From Deltaproteobacteria bacterium (GTDB taxonomy: Bacteria > Desulfobacterota > G020345765), in contig CP070770.1 in assembly GCA_020345765.1 (NCBI GenBank), forward strand, positions 1,130,972 to 1,194,971: a stretch of 64,000 bases of DNA, read 5' to 3'. Position 1 is the stretch's first letter; each line of letters starts with the position of its first letter. Below, piece by piece: positions 19,183 to 27,562 of this stretch. Below the pieces are notes generated by a model, which saw nothing but the letters and a program-made list of their open reading frames with translations, was not told where the DNA came from and made no database searches. The translations under genes were made by a program, and so were the position numbers.

Positions 19183-19396
19183 AAAAATCCTAAGCACTAA
19201 ATTAATAGTTAAAGAGTTAAGGGTGGAGGGAAATAACCAATAAACAAATCTCAATGGCCAAATAATAATCAATAACCAAGTTCCAATAACCAACATAGTT
19301 CTTGTCTTGAGGTTAGTTTGGTTATTAGTTATTGGAATTTGGAATTTATTTGATGTTTGGAATTTGGTGATTGGTGTTTAGAGGATTTAGGATTTC
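19183..19396. repeat. AT-rich long imperfect hairpin element
   Basis: The A-rich arm (aaatcctaagcactaaat...aataaccaagttccaataaccaa) pairs with the T/G-rich arm (ttggttattagttattggaatttgg...ttaggattt). Confidence 0.7.
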
Positions 19397-19444
19397 TCGT
19401 TGATATTCGGGTTTTATCATTTTAATTTAAAAATTTATTAAACG

Positions 19445-20014
19445 ATGACAGTGTTCCTTATCATTCTCGCCTACCTGATGGGCTCGATCCCTACCGGGGT
19501 GATTCTGGCCCGCACCTACGGGAATATTGACCTGCGCAAGGTTGGCAGTGGCAATATCGGGGCCACTAATGTCGGCCGTATCCTGGGAAGAAAGTTTGGG
19601 GTAACAACCCTTTTGGGGGATATGGTCAAAGGTCTGGTTCCGGTGCTTTTGGCAAGATGGCTTATTGCATCCGAGCTTCTGCTACTAACGGTAGCCCTGG
19701 CTGCTTTCCTCGGTCATCTTTATCCCATCTTCTTGGAGTTCAAGGGGGGAAAGGGGATTGCTACTGCCTTGGGAGTGTTTTTAGGACTCACTCCCCTGGC
19801 GGCAATTTTGGCCTTCGGGTTATGGCTGGTTTGCTTTATTGTCTGGAGGATCTCCTCCCTCAGCTCCCTGATTGCGGCAACTGCAATGCCCATCATCGTC
19901 GGCCTGCTAAACGACTCCCGGCTTTACCTTGTCTTTTCCCTGATTATCACCGCCCTGATTTTTTACACCCACCGGGAGAATATCCAGAGGCTCGCCGCGG
20001 GAGAAGAAACTTAG
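19445..20014 (+). CDS. plsY: glycerol-3-phosphate acyltransferase PlsY
   Basis: 189 aa. 'YLMGSIPTGVILAR...GSGNIGATNVGR...GDMVKG...FKGGKGIAT' PlsY signatures. Confidence 0.93.
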   Translation: MTVFLIILAYLMGSIPTGVILARTYGNIDLRKVGSGNIGATNVGRILGRKFGVTTLLGDMVKGLVPVLLARWLIASELLLLTVALAAFLGHLYPIFLEFKGGKGIATALGVFLGLTPLAAILAFGLWLVCFIVWRISSLSSLIAATAMPIIVGLLNDSRLYLVFSLIITALIFYTHRENIQRLAAGEET

Positions 20015-20038
20015 CTTCTCAAAAACAACCCAATATTT

Positions 20039-21040
20039 CTATTCCCAGTTCTCGATGTCCGTTGATGTACAGTAGTCCGGGGCGGTCAGCGGATTGCAGC
20101 GGCAGGGTGCTCCCCCGGGAATGGTCACATAGTATTCGATCCCCTCGACCGGGTCGGGGAAATCGGTGCTGATGAAGTGTGCCCCCGAGGCCAGTGCCGC
20201 CTCCAAGCGCGTCCGGTCGTTCTCCAGTGCATAGGTGCAGCATACATCGGCCCGGGTGCGGACGATAAATCCCTCCCGCACCGCCGAGGCGATCCTTTCG
20301 GCATCCCCGATGGGATCGTTCATCGGCATGATCGCGGCAAACGAATCTTCGGGAGACGAATCGACGAACATCAGGGCCCCGGCCAGCTCCGGATATGCTT
20401 TGAGGTAATTGTCCCGGAAAGCCCCGTTGGCGTGGGCATGAAAGATTATTTTCCCCCGGGTATCGGCCAGGACCGGCCATCCCTCCGACCGGATCGCCTC
20501 GCCGAGAGTCGGGTAATCACCCCGGACCTCATCAGGGATGATAATCCGTTCGCGCGGAAAAACGGAAAGGATATCAGCCTCTATCTCCGGATATTTATCA
20601 GTCAATTTTATCGGGTTATAATCATCTGCGATCTCGAGAAGGACCAGCGGCGCCTGATGCTCACGGTGCCGGTCTGACCAGCTTTTAATCACAGCCAGAC
20701 AGTCTGTGAGGTATTCGCAGGTCGTCAGATCGTCAACTCCCGGTAAGTGATAGACCAAAATACCTTCTCCTTCGGCATAATGGATGTCCAGCTCGAACTG
20801 GCGGACGCCGTTATCGAGCTGGACATCAAGGGACTTATGGGTATAGCGGTGCTCGGGATGGCTTAATTCGGGTTCAATATGGTAGCTGTTATGGGTTCCC
20901 TTGGCCTGGATATGGTTATATCGTAACTCCCCGTCCAACGGGTAGTCGTGGGTCTTATCCTTTTCACTGACCTCGCTTCCGCAACCGGTCGTAAGCATTG
21001 CGGCCAATAAACCCGAAATACAGATTAATCTCACATTCAT
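20039..21040 (-). CDS. lipoprotein, PLC-like phosphodiesterase (Ca-dependent PI-PLC-like X domain)
   Basis: 'MNVRLICISGLLAAMLTTGC' lipobox. 'QAKGTHNSYH' motif. Start moved to ATG 21040, which has an aaggag RBS 7 nt upstream (the track starts at 21103). Confidence 0.78.
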   Translation of the reverse strand: MNVRLICISGLLAAMLTTGCGSEVSEKDKTHDYPLDGELRYNHIQAKGTHNSYHIEPELSHPEHRYTHKSLDVQLDNGVRQFELDIHYAEGEGILVYHLPGVDDLTTCEYLTDCLAVIKSWSDRHREHQAPLVLLEIADDYNPIKLTDKYPEIEADILSVFPRERIIIPDEVRGDYPTLGEAIRSEGWPVLADTRGKIIFHAHANGAFRDNYLKAYPELAGALMFVDSSPEDSFAAIMPMNDPIGDAERIASAVREGFIVRTRADVCCTYALENDRTRLEAALASGAHFISTDFPDPVEGIEYYVTIPGGAPCRCNPLTAPDYCTSTDIENWE

Positions 21041-21113
21041 ATAACGACTCCTTACATTATTTTCCTTGTATTTTAAATAACAGCGGCCTGATTCACTTTT
21101 CAAGCTCTAAACC

Positions 21114-22355
21114 TCAATTGGGGGGTTTTAAATATTGCATGGTCCCGTCCAGGACCACCGCGACCTTTGCCTCCGCGGGGTAGTCTTCCTGAAGTATAGC
21201 CAGAACCTCCGGCCAGGTTTTCACCACCGTGGCGTCGTCGATGTGGCAGAACCAATCGAGGCTGACCCGGTCGGGATAAGGGGCCATTACGATGAGTTTT
21301 TTCAATAGGTTCGACATAACTCCCTTCACCTTGGGAGCGAAGTGGCGGCCGCCGTAATCGGTCCCCCAGGACCGCATCACGTAATGGGGAACCTGACCTT
21401 CAGGAGCATCGGAAATCAGGACCACCGTCCCCTCTCCCAGCTTGACGAGCTGTAAGGCGACGACTAAGGAGATCCCTGATTCGTTGGCCTTGGCGTAGGA
21501 GTTTGCGATTACTATATCATACCCCGAGGCACAGGATGCTCCGTAGTGCTCCCTGCCCTCCTCCGCCCCGGCGATATGGGTGGCCCGGAAGGGTCCGGCA
21601 TAGAGATTGGTGATCTCCCTCCGGCGGTTAATCAGACAATCCACCTTGAACTCCAGACCCGCCGCCTCGCCGGCGGCATCGACCTCGGCCCGCATGATAT
21701 TGTTTTCGAAGTTTCCCAGTCCCGTGCTCTGCGGGTCCCGGTAGAATTGATTATGAAACTGATTGATACTTTCTATCCCAGCAACCCCGGGAAAGATAAT
21801 CTTGGCTCCTCCCCCGAATCCGACATGGACATGAGGGGTAATGCATCCGATCCCGATCCTCAAATCACAATCCATGAACTCGCGGTTAAACCAGAGCTCC
21901 ACCCCGGTGGAAGTCCTTCCGATCCCTACTGTGTTCTGGAAGGGGTCGTGGTTGTAAACGGCGTAATTCTCGACAATCTCATCTCCCAGTTTCTTGCGGG
22001 CGTTGATCATATCATAGGCCCCGTGGGAGCCGAGGCCCCAGATAAAGCGGATCTGGTCCCTCTGCATACCGGCCCGGTGGAGCGATTCGAGCACATGCGG
22101 GGCAACATCCTTGACGGGCGTCGGCCGGGTCATGTCGTCGAATACGATGACCGCCTGCTTTCTGCCTCTGGCGATTTCGTCAAGCGGTGGGCCCTGGCAG
22201 GGGCTATTTATCTTCTCCTTTATCTGTTCGGATGTGAGTCCGGGCTTATCAAAGCCAGGGGAGTTTATCGGATCAACTTCCCAGCGGTCCGGAAAATCCA
22301 GCTCCCGCTCCTCATTTTCGTACCAGCACCGGGAAGGGACTGTGACCTTCTTCAT
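21114..22355 (-). CDS. lactate-racemase-family (LarA-like / DUF2088) protein
   Basis: 413 aa. 'AVIVFDDMTRPTP' and 'GLGSHG' motifs of the LarA N-terminal domain. Substrate unknown. Confidence 0.82.
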   Translation of the reverse strand: MKKVTVPSRCWYENEERELDFPDRWEVDPINSPGFDKPGLTSEQIKEKINSPCQGPPLDEIARGRKQAVIVFDDMTRPTPVKDVAPHVLESLHRAGMQRDQIRFIWGLGSHGAYDMINARKKLGDEIVENYAVYNHDPFQNTVGIGRTSTGVELWFNREFMDCDLRIGIGCITPHVHVGFGGGAKIIFPGVAGIESINQFHNQFYRDPQSTGLGNFENNIMRAEVDAAGEAAGLEFKVDCLINRRREITNLYAGPFRATHIAGAEEGREHYGASCASGYDIVIANSYAKANESGISLVVALQLVKLGEGTVVLISDAPEGQVPHYVMRSWGTDYGGRHFAPKVKGVMSNLLKKLIVMAPYPDRVSLDWFCHIDDATVVKTWPEVLAILQEDYPAEAKVAVVLDGTMQYLKPPN

Positions 22356-22396
22356 TGAGCTTTCCTTTCTCTTACTTACACTGTCCTAAGGGTTAG

Positions 22397-22939
22397 TTAA
22401 CCTTCCTCACTCGAGTCTCTCCAGAAGCTATCCGGTCTTATTTTACCGAGAGTATATAAGACCGCCTTCCGTTCCTCCTCCTTCTCTTTCTGAGTATCTA
22501 CCATGTCTACCATTGTGATCCCGTAAGGTTTGGCGATCTCCAGGAAGTTTCTAAGCACATAAGCCAGGATGACGATTCCGGGTATAGTTAAAACACCGAT
22601 CAGGACATAATGAAACCCGGAGTATTTAATGTGAATAAAAACCCTTTCCCAGGAGAACCGTTCCAGCAAGGGCCAGACAATGGCAAGAGAAAGGTAAAGA
22701 TTACCAAATATCATTATTACCGAATCGCAAACGATAGACCAGAGCAATGTCGTCCTTAGCTGAATAATCCAGGCAGCAAGCAGGACAATCATTACCGCGA
22801 TCCTGACCGTCATGTAGTAAACAGGAAATATACCCAAAACGAACGGATAGCCGAGCTTTAATATTAGTATTAGCTGGACTATGCTGAGGATGAATATAAC
22901 AAAATAATACCAGCAGATAAAGGCAAGTGCCCTGGGCAT
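22397..22939 (-). CDS. hypothetical membrane protein
   Basis: 180 aa. About 5 hydrophobic helices plus a charged C-terminal tail. No family recognised. Confidence 0.6.
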   Translation of the reverse strand: MPRALAFICWYYFVIFILSIVQLILILKLGYPFVLGIFPVYYMTVRIAVMIVLLAAWIIQLRTTLLWSIVCDSVIMIFGNLYLSLAIVWPLLERFSWERVFIHIKYSGFHYVLIGVLTIPGIVILAYVLRNFLEIAKPYGITMVDMVDTQKEKEEERKAVLYTLGKIRPDSFWRDSSEEG

Positions 22940-22952
22940 TGACCCTCCTTGA

Positions 22953-23285
22953 TCATAGCTGTATCAGGTTTTCGTTACTCATATCTTTGCCGGGAAGCGA
23001 CAGGTTTAAGCCGAGGCCCGGGCCTGAATCACTTCCGGACAGGCACAATTGTATTAACTGATACCCACACCGACATACCCTATCAGCGTCATCAATACAA
23101 TACCGGCCGACGGATTGACCGGTCTTGGGATTATGTAATTCGGCACAATAAAGATCGCTCAGACAATCGCTGTCGTCCGCGCATTTTTCACAGACATCGG
23201 CTTTCGGCTCTTCCTCTCCGAAGACGGAGAGCACCGTCAGTCCTAACAGCATTCCAATCATTAACTTCTCCATTATCCATTTCAT
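22953..23285 (-). CDS. small secreted cysteine-rich protein
   Basis: 110 aa. Signal peptide 'LMIGMLLGLTVLSVFG', then 9 Cys within ~65 residues ('CEKCADDSDCLSDLYC...YCIDDADRVCRCG...LC'). Preferred over the overlapping + strand ORF, which has no signal or motif. Confidence 0.55.
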   Translation of the reverse strand: MKWIMEKLMIGMLLGLTVLSVFGEEEPKADVCEKCADDSDCLSDLYCAELHNPKTGQSVGRYCIDDADRVCRCGYQLIQLCLSGSDSGPGLGLNLSLPGKDMSNENLIQL

Positions 23286-23337
23286 TATGAAAATATGTCA
23301 GAATTGCTTATTCTGTGAACGGGACAGATAGAATTCT

Positions 23338-23374
23338 CACCCCCTCCTTTTTCTTCTTCCATCAAGGGGGAGGA
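23338..23374. repeat. degenerate third copy of the REP-like element
   Basis: caccccctcc...cttcttcc-atcaa-gggggagga. The left arm has decayed. Confidence 0.5.
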
Positions 23375-23461
23375 AATTATTTTGGGTTTTTTTTATCTTT
23401 CAAGACTTATTTTATCTTATTCCATTCCTTCGGGTTTTTCAACTATTTAGGATAAAAACCT

Positions 23462-23490
23462 TTGACAATAACTGATAAATCTGTTAAGAG
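23462..23490 (+). promoter_or_regulatory. promoter-like element with conserved 16-mer CTGATAAATCTGTTAA
   Basis: TTGACA (23462-23467) then the 16-mer at 23472-23487. The same arrangement recurs at 60162-60187. Confidence 0.45.
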
Positions 23491-23527
23491 TGCGTGAGGG
23501 GATATTTCGATTCAGGAGCTATGATAA

Positions 23528-24808
23528 ATGGTAAATATCGGTTCCCAGTCGGTCGATAAAGAAAGTCCTCCGGGGCGTCCCTTAAGGATATGCCTGCTTA
23601 CCTACCGGGGCAACCCGACCTGTGGGGGGCAGGGAGTGTATATCAAGCACCTCAGCCTTGCTCTCAGCGACCTCGGCCACCAGGTCGATGTCATCTCCGG
23701 ACCGCCGTATCCGGAATTGGACGGGAATATCACCCTGCATAGGATGCCGGGCCTGGATCTTTACAATCCCGAGCATCTATTTAAAGTCAAAAGGGTTCGC
23801 GACCTGAGATCGCCGATCAATCAATTGGAATTTATCGGCATGTGCCTGGGTATCTTCCCGGAGCCCTTTACCTTCGGTCTGAGGGCCTTTAACTTTCTCC
23901 GCACCAAACTGCCAGATTATGATATTATCCACGACAACCAGTGCCTTTCCTACGGCATCTGGGGAATTTCACGCCTTGGCTTCCCCACGGTGGCAACCGT
24001 CCACCACCCGATTACCGTCGACCGGGATGTGGAACTTAAGGCAGTGAAATCCTGGTTCCGGAAATTGATGGTCAGGAGATGGTATTCTTTCTTAGGGATG
24101 CAGAAGTGGGTCCTACGCCGTTTCTCCCATATCATCACGGTCTCCGAAAGCTCGAAAAAGGATATCAGCAATGACTTCAAGGTTCCTCTCCATAAATTCC
24201 GGGTCGTCCCGAACGGTATCAATACCGATATCTTCCGTCCCCTTCCCCATATTAAACGGGCACAGAATCAGATCCTAACAACCAACAGCGCCGATACCCC
24301 CCTGAAGGGGCTTAGTTATCTCCTGGAAGCAGTCGCTTCCCTAAGAAAGAGCAGGGATATCAGGCTCACCGTGATCGGCACACCGAAGAAGAACGGGTTT
24401 ATCAAGCGCCTTATCCGGGAACTGGGGATCCAAGATCATGTAAAATTTACCGGGCGCATTGAACACGAGGAGTTCGCCCGTTATTATGCCGAAACCACCG
24501 TTGCCGTCATCCCCTCCCTCTACGAGGGATTCGGTCTGCCTGCCGGTGAGGCCATGGCCTGTGGCATTCCGGTTATCAGTACCGCCGGAGGAGCGCTGCC
24601 CGAGGTGGTAGGTGATGCGGGCATTATTGTCCCGCCGGCAGATAAACAGGCACTGGAGAAAGCCATCCTCTCCCTGCTAAACGACCCGGAAAGGTGTCAG
24701 CGACTAGGACAGGCTGGCCGGGAGCGGGTAAGGAACCTTTTTACCTGGAAGCACGCCGCCCAAAGGACAGTAGCGGTATACCAGGAGGCAATCGATGCTA
24801 ACCGTTGA
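23528..24808 (+). CDS. glycosyltransferase family 4 (GT-B, group 1)
   Basis: 426 aa. 'GGQGVYIKHLSLAL' N-terminal domain and 'EGFGLPAGEAMACGIPVIST' C-terminal GT1/GT4 signature. Confidence 0.9.
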   Translation: MVNIGSQSVDKESPPGRPLRICLLTYRGNPTCGGQGVYIKHLSLALSDLGHQVDVISGPPYPELDGNITLHRMPGLDLYNPEHLFKVKRVRDLRSPINQLEFIGMCLGIFPEPFTFGLRAFNFLRTKLPDYDIIHDNQCLSYGIWGISRLGFPTVATVHHPITVDRDVELKAVKSWFRKLMVRRWYSFLGMQKWVLRRFSHIITVSESSKKDISNDFKVPLHKFRVVPNGINTDIFRPLPHIKRAQNQILTTNSADTPLKGLSYLLEAVASLRKSRDIRLTVIGTPKKNGFIKRLIRELGIQDHVKFTGRIEHEEFARYYAETTVAVIPSLYEGFGLPAGEAMACGIPVISTAGGALPEVVGDAGIIVPPADKQALEKAILSLLNDPERCQRLGQAGRERVRNLFTWKHAAQRTVAVYQEAIDANR

Positions 24809-25499
24809 TTTCCAGAAGCTGGAGATAAAACCCGGCAGCCGTATCCTCGATGCCGGCTGCGGCGGCGGTCGCCACCTCTGTGAGGCATTTCGATCCCAGG
24901 ATGCGGACGTCGTGGGTATCGACCTGAATTGGGAAGATCTGTGTAAAGCAAAGTACAACTTAAACTCGATAAATAACGGGAATGACGGCCTGCGGACGGT
25001 CTCGATGGCCGATGTCACCACGTTACCGTTTAAAACGGGTATTTTCGATATGGTCATCTGCTCGGAGGTCCTCGAGCACATCCCGGAGAACCGTACCGCC
25101 ATTGCCGAGCTGGTCAGGGTCCTTAAGCCGGGAAAGAACCTAGTGATAAGCGTGCCGAGATTCCTGCCGGAGCGGATCTGCTGGGCAATCTCCGAGAGTT
25201 ACCGTAACGAACCCGGCGGGCATATCAGGATCTACCGGAAGAAGGAACTGCGAAGACTGCTGGAGAACGCCGGCACCCGCTGTTGGAGCATCCGCTATAA
25301 ACATGCCCTGCATGCCCCCTACTGGTGGCTCAAGTGCCTGGTCGGCCCCAAGAATGAAAATTCCCGGTTAGTAAACTGGTACAAGTGGTTTCTCGAACGG
25401 GATATCATCAAGCCCTCGCCTCTGACCCGGGCGCTTGATAAGATGCTGATCCCTTTCATCGCCAAGAGTATCGTCTTCTATCTAAAAAAAGGAATTTAA
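24795..25499 (+). CDS. class I SAM-dependent methyltransferase
   Basis: 234 aa. 'ILDAGCGGGRH' motif I, 'FDMVICSEVLEHI'. Overlaps the GT4 gene by 14 nt. Confidence 0.9.
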   Translation: MLTVDFQKLEIKPGSRILDAGCGGGRHLCEAFRSQDADVVGIDLNWEDLCKAKYNLNSINNGNDGLRTVSMADVTTLPFKTGIFDMVICSEVLEHIPENRTAIAELVRVLKPGKNLVISVPRFLPERICWAISESYRNEPGGHIRIYRKKELRRLLENAGTRCWSIRYKHALHAPYWWLKCLVGPKNENSRLVNWYKWFLERDIIKPSPLTRALDKMLIPFIAKSIVFYLKKGI

Positions 25500-25500
25500 A

Positions 25501-26616
25501 ATGGAACTGGATATCTCGCGGAATGTTGCCGAATCGCCCGTCGATGTTGACATTGAAGCAGTAGCGGAGTTTATTGCCGGGCTGCAGAAAAATGATGGGG
25601 AGATCCCCTGGTCCGAAGGGGGAAAGACCGACCCCTGGGATCATGTTGAAAGCGCTATGGGGCTCGGTGTCGCTGGGTACTTAAAAGAGGTGGAGCGGGC
25701 CTATGAGTGGATGTCACGGACCCAGCTCAAGGACGGCAGCTGGTGGGCATATTACCGGGACGGAGTCCCGGAGGACAAGACGAAGGATACCAACTTCTCA
25801 TCCTATATTGCCGTCGGGGTTTTCCACTATTACCTGCTCACCGATGATGTCGCCTTCCTCAAACACATGTGGCCAACCCTGAAGGCGGGGGTTGACTTTG
25901 CGGTCAGCCTCCAGGCCCCAACCGGCGAGATCTACTGGGCAAAAAACCGTGACGACATCGTGGATCCCATGGCCCTCCTGACGGGCAGTAGTTCCGTTTA
26001 CCTTAGTATCAAGTGTGCTCTGGTCATTGCCTTCCTCCTGGGAAAGAGACAACCCGCCTGGAAAAAGGCGCTTAAAAAATTAGAACATGCCCTCCGGAAC
26101 CGACCCGACCTTTTTAACACGACGAAGTCCCGCTACTCCCTGGACTGGTATTATCCCGTCCTCTGCGGTGCCGTTACCGGTATCGATGCCCGCCGGCGGA
26201 TCGAAAAATACTGGGATAATTTCGTGGTACCCGGGTGGGGGGTACGCTGTGTCTCCGACCGGCCCTGGGTAACCATGGCGGAAACCTCGGAGCTGGTGTT
26301 GACGCTGGCGGCCATTGAGGAATACCAGCAGGCGGAGACGATTTTCAGTTGGCTAAATGACAAGAAGTATGAGGACGGTTCCTACTGGATGGGTGTTACC
26401 TTCCCCGATTCGGTTATCTGGCCTGAGGAGAAAACATCGTGGACTGCGGCCGCGGTACTTCTTGCTCACGACGCCCTCCATGAGATAACGCCGGCATGCT
26501 CACTGTTCAGTCACAGTTTCTGGAGTACCCCGGAGATCCTTTCCCGTACAAGAGATCTGTCCGACGCGATCCGAAAAGAAAAGACCGACGAGATCCCCAT
26601 CAATTTCAATAGCTGA
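25501..26616 (+). CDS. alpha/alpha-toroid protein (prenyltransferase/terpene-cyclase-like or GH15-like)
   Basis: 371 aa. Repeated aromatic-rich 'DGSWW/DGSYW' helical-hairpin pattern. The family assignment is tentative. Confidence 0.6.
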   Translation: MELDISRNVAESPVDVDIEAVAEFIAGLQKNDGEIPWSEGGKTDPWDHVESAMGLGVAGYLKEVERAYEWMSRTQLKDGSWWAYYRDGVPEDKTKDTNFSSYIAVGVFHYYLLTDDVAFLKHMWPTLKAGVDFAVSLQAPTGEIYWAKNRDDIVDPMALLTGSSSVYLSIKCALVIAFLLGKRQPAWKKALKKLEHALRNRPDLFNTTKSRYSLDWYYPVLCGAVTGIDARRRIEKYWDNFVVPGWGVRCVSDRPWVTMAETSELVLTLAAIEEYQQAETIFSWLNDKKYEDGSYWMGVTFPDSVIWPEEKTSWTAAAVLLAHDALHEITPACSLFSHSFWSTPEILSRTRDLSDAIRKEKTDEIPINFNS

Positions 26617-26637
26617 AGCGGTAAGGAGTCTGTCACA

Positions 26638-27351
26638 TTGAAGAAAGACCATCGTCCTTACATAGTCAAGCACTTGAGCGCCCAATTCCAGAACTGGTAT
26701 GTAAACTATTTCCTCCGTCCCCAATTCGAACATCTTGGCAAAGAGTTCATCTTCGTCGGGTCCCGGCACATAGAGATAACCGGATGGCCGATTACGCTGG
26801 GGGACTACGCAAATGTCGTCGCTACTCCGGACCGGAAAGTCAGGCTGACCGTCTGGTCCAACCGGGAAGACCGGGGGCGTATCCGGCTCGGGGACTACTG
26901 TCTGATCTGCCCGGGTGTGAGGATCAGTTCTGCCAGTGAGATCGTCATCGGGGACAATTGTATGATGGCCCAGGGCGTATATATTACCGATTCGGACTGG
27001 CATGACATTTATGACCGCAGCGTTATCATCGGGGAGAAGTCGGCACCGATCAGGATAGGAAATAATGTCTGGTTAGGTGACAGCGTCATTGTGTGCAAGG
27101 GAGTTACTATCGGGGATAACAGCGTGATAGGGGCCGGGGCGGTTGTCGTCAAAGAGATCCCGCCCAATGTCGTCGCGGCCGGTAACCCCGCGGTCGTCGT
27201 GAAGCATCTCGATCCGGAAAGAGAGCTGAAAACACGTTCCGAGTGGTTTACAAAATTAGCCGTATTAGATGAAATGGACCGGAAAGTGCGCAAGAAAAAT
27301 ACGATCTTCGGGTGGCTCCGGTCAAAGGTTTTCCCCGTCAGAGGAGACTAG
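26638..27351 (+). CDS. hexapeptide-repeat (LbH) acyl/acetyltransferase
   Basis: 237 aa, TTG start. 'IGNNVWLGDSVIVCKGVTIGDNSVIGAGAVV' left-handed beta-helix repeats. Confidence 0.85.
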   Translation: MKKDHRPYIVKHLSAQFQNWYVNYFLRPQFEHLGKEFIFVGSRHIEITGWPITLGDYANVVATPDRKVRLTVWSNREDRGRIRLGDYCLICPGVRISSASEIVIGDNCMMAQGVYITDSDWHDIYDRSVIIGEKSAPIRIGNNVWLGDSVIVCKGVTIGDNSVIGAGAVVVKEIPPNVVAAGNPAVVVKHLDPERELKTRSEWFTKLAVLDEMDRKVRKKNTIFGWLRSKVFPVRGD

Positions 27352-27373
27352 GCAAAGGATATCATCCGAAATA

Positions 27374-27495
27374 ATGTTAAATGTCAAAGCTCAAAGTTCA
27401 AATGAAATCCAAAGTCCAAATGATAAAAAATTTGATATTTGGATTTTAACATTTGTCATTCATTTGTCATTTGGATTTTGGTATTTGAACTTTTC
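27374..27495. repeat. AT-rich long imperfect hairpin element
   Basis: aaatgtcaaagctcaaagttcaaatgaaatccaaagtccaaatga pairs with tcatttggattttggtatttgaacttt. About 45 nt is shared with the 37664-37710 arm. Confidence 0.7.
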
Positions 27496-27562
27496 CCAGT
27501 CGAAACCTTTCATGTAATTCGGTTGTTCACACATAATCTGAGATTATCTTAGAGGCCTAATA

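Noticed and set aside
19183-19396. Possible CRISPR array among the repetitive AT-rich intergenic loci (also 27374-27495, 37661-37920, 55276-55383)
   Set aside because: There is no constant direct repeat alternating with unique spacers. The structure is an inverted repeat of degenerate 7-8-nt units, and no cas genes are nearby.
19657-20677. Several 150-170-aa ORFs overlapping plsY and the PLC-like gene
   Set aside because: These are off-frame or antisense reads with Arg/Pro/Gly-rich composition. The annotated frames carry family motifs and signal peptides.
21546-22358. 270-aa + strand ORF
   Set aside because: It is antisense to the LarA-like gene. It has no motifs and mirror-frame composition.
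27269-27517. 82-aa ORF 'KAQSSNEIQSPNDKKFDIWILTF...'
   Set aside because: It is a translation of the AT-rich hairpin repeat. It is low-complexity, and similar pseudo-peptides arise at the other repeat copies.
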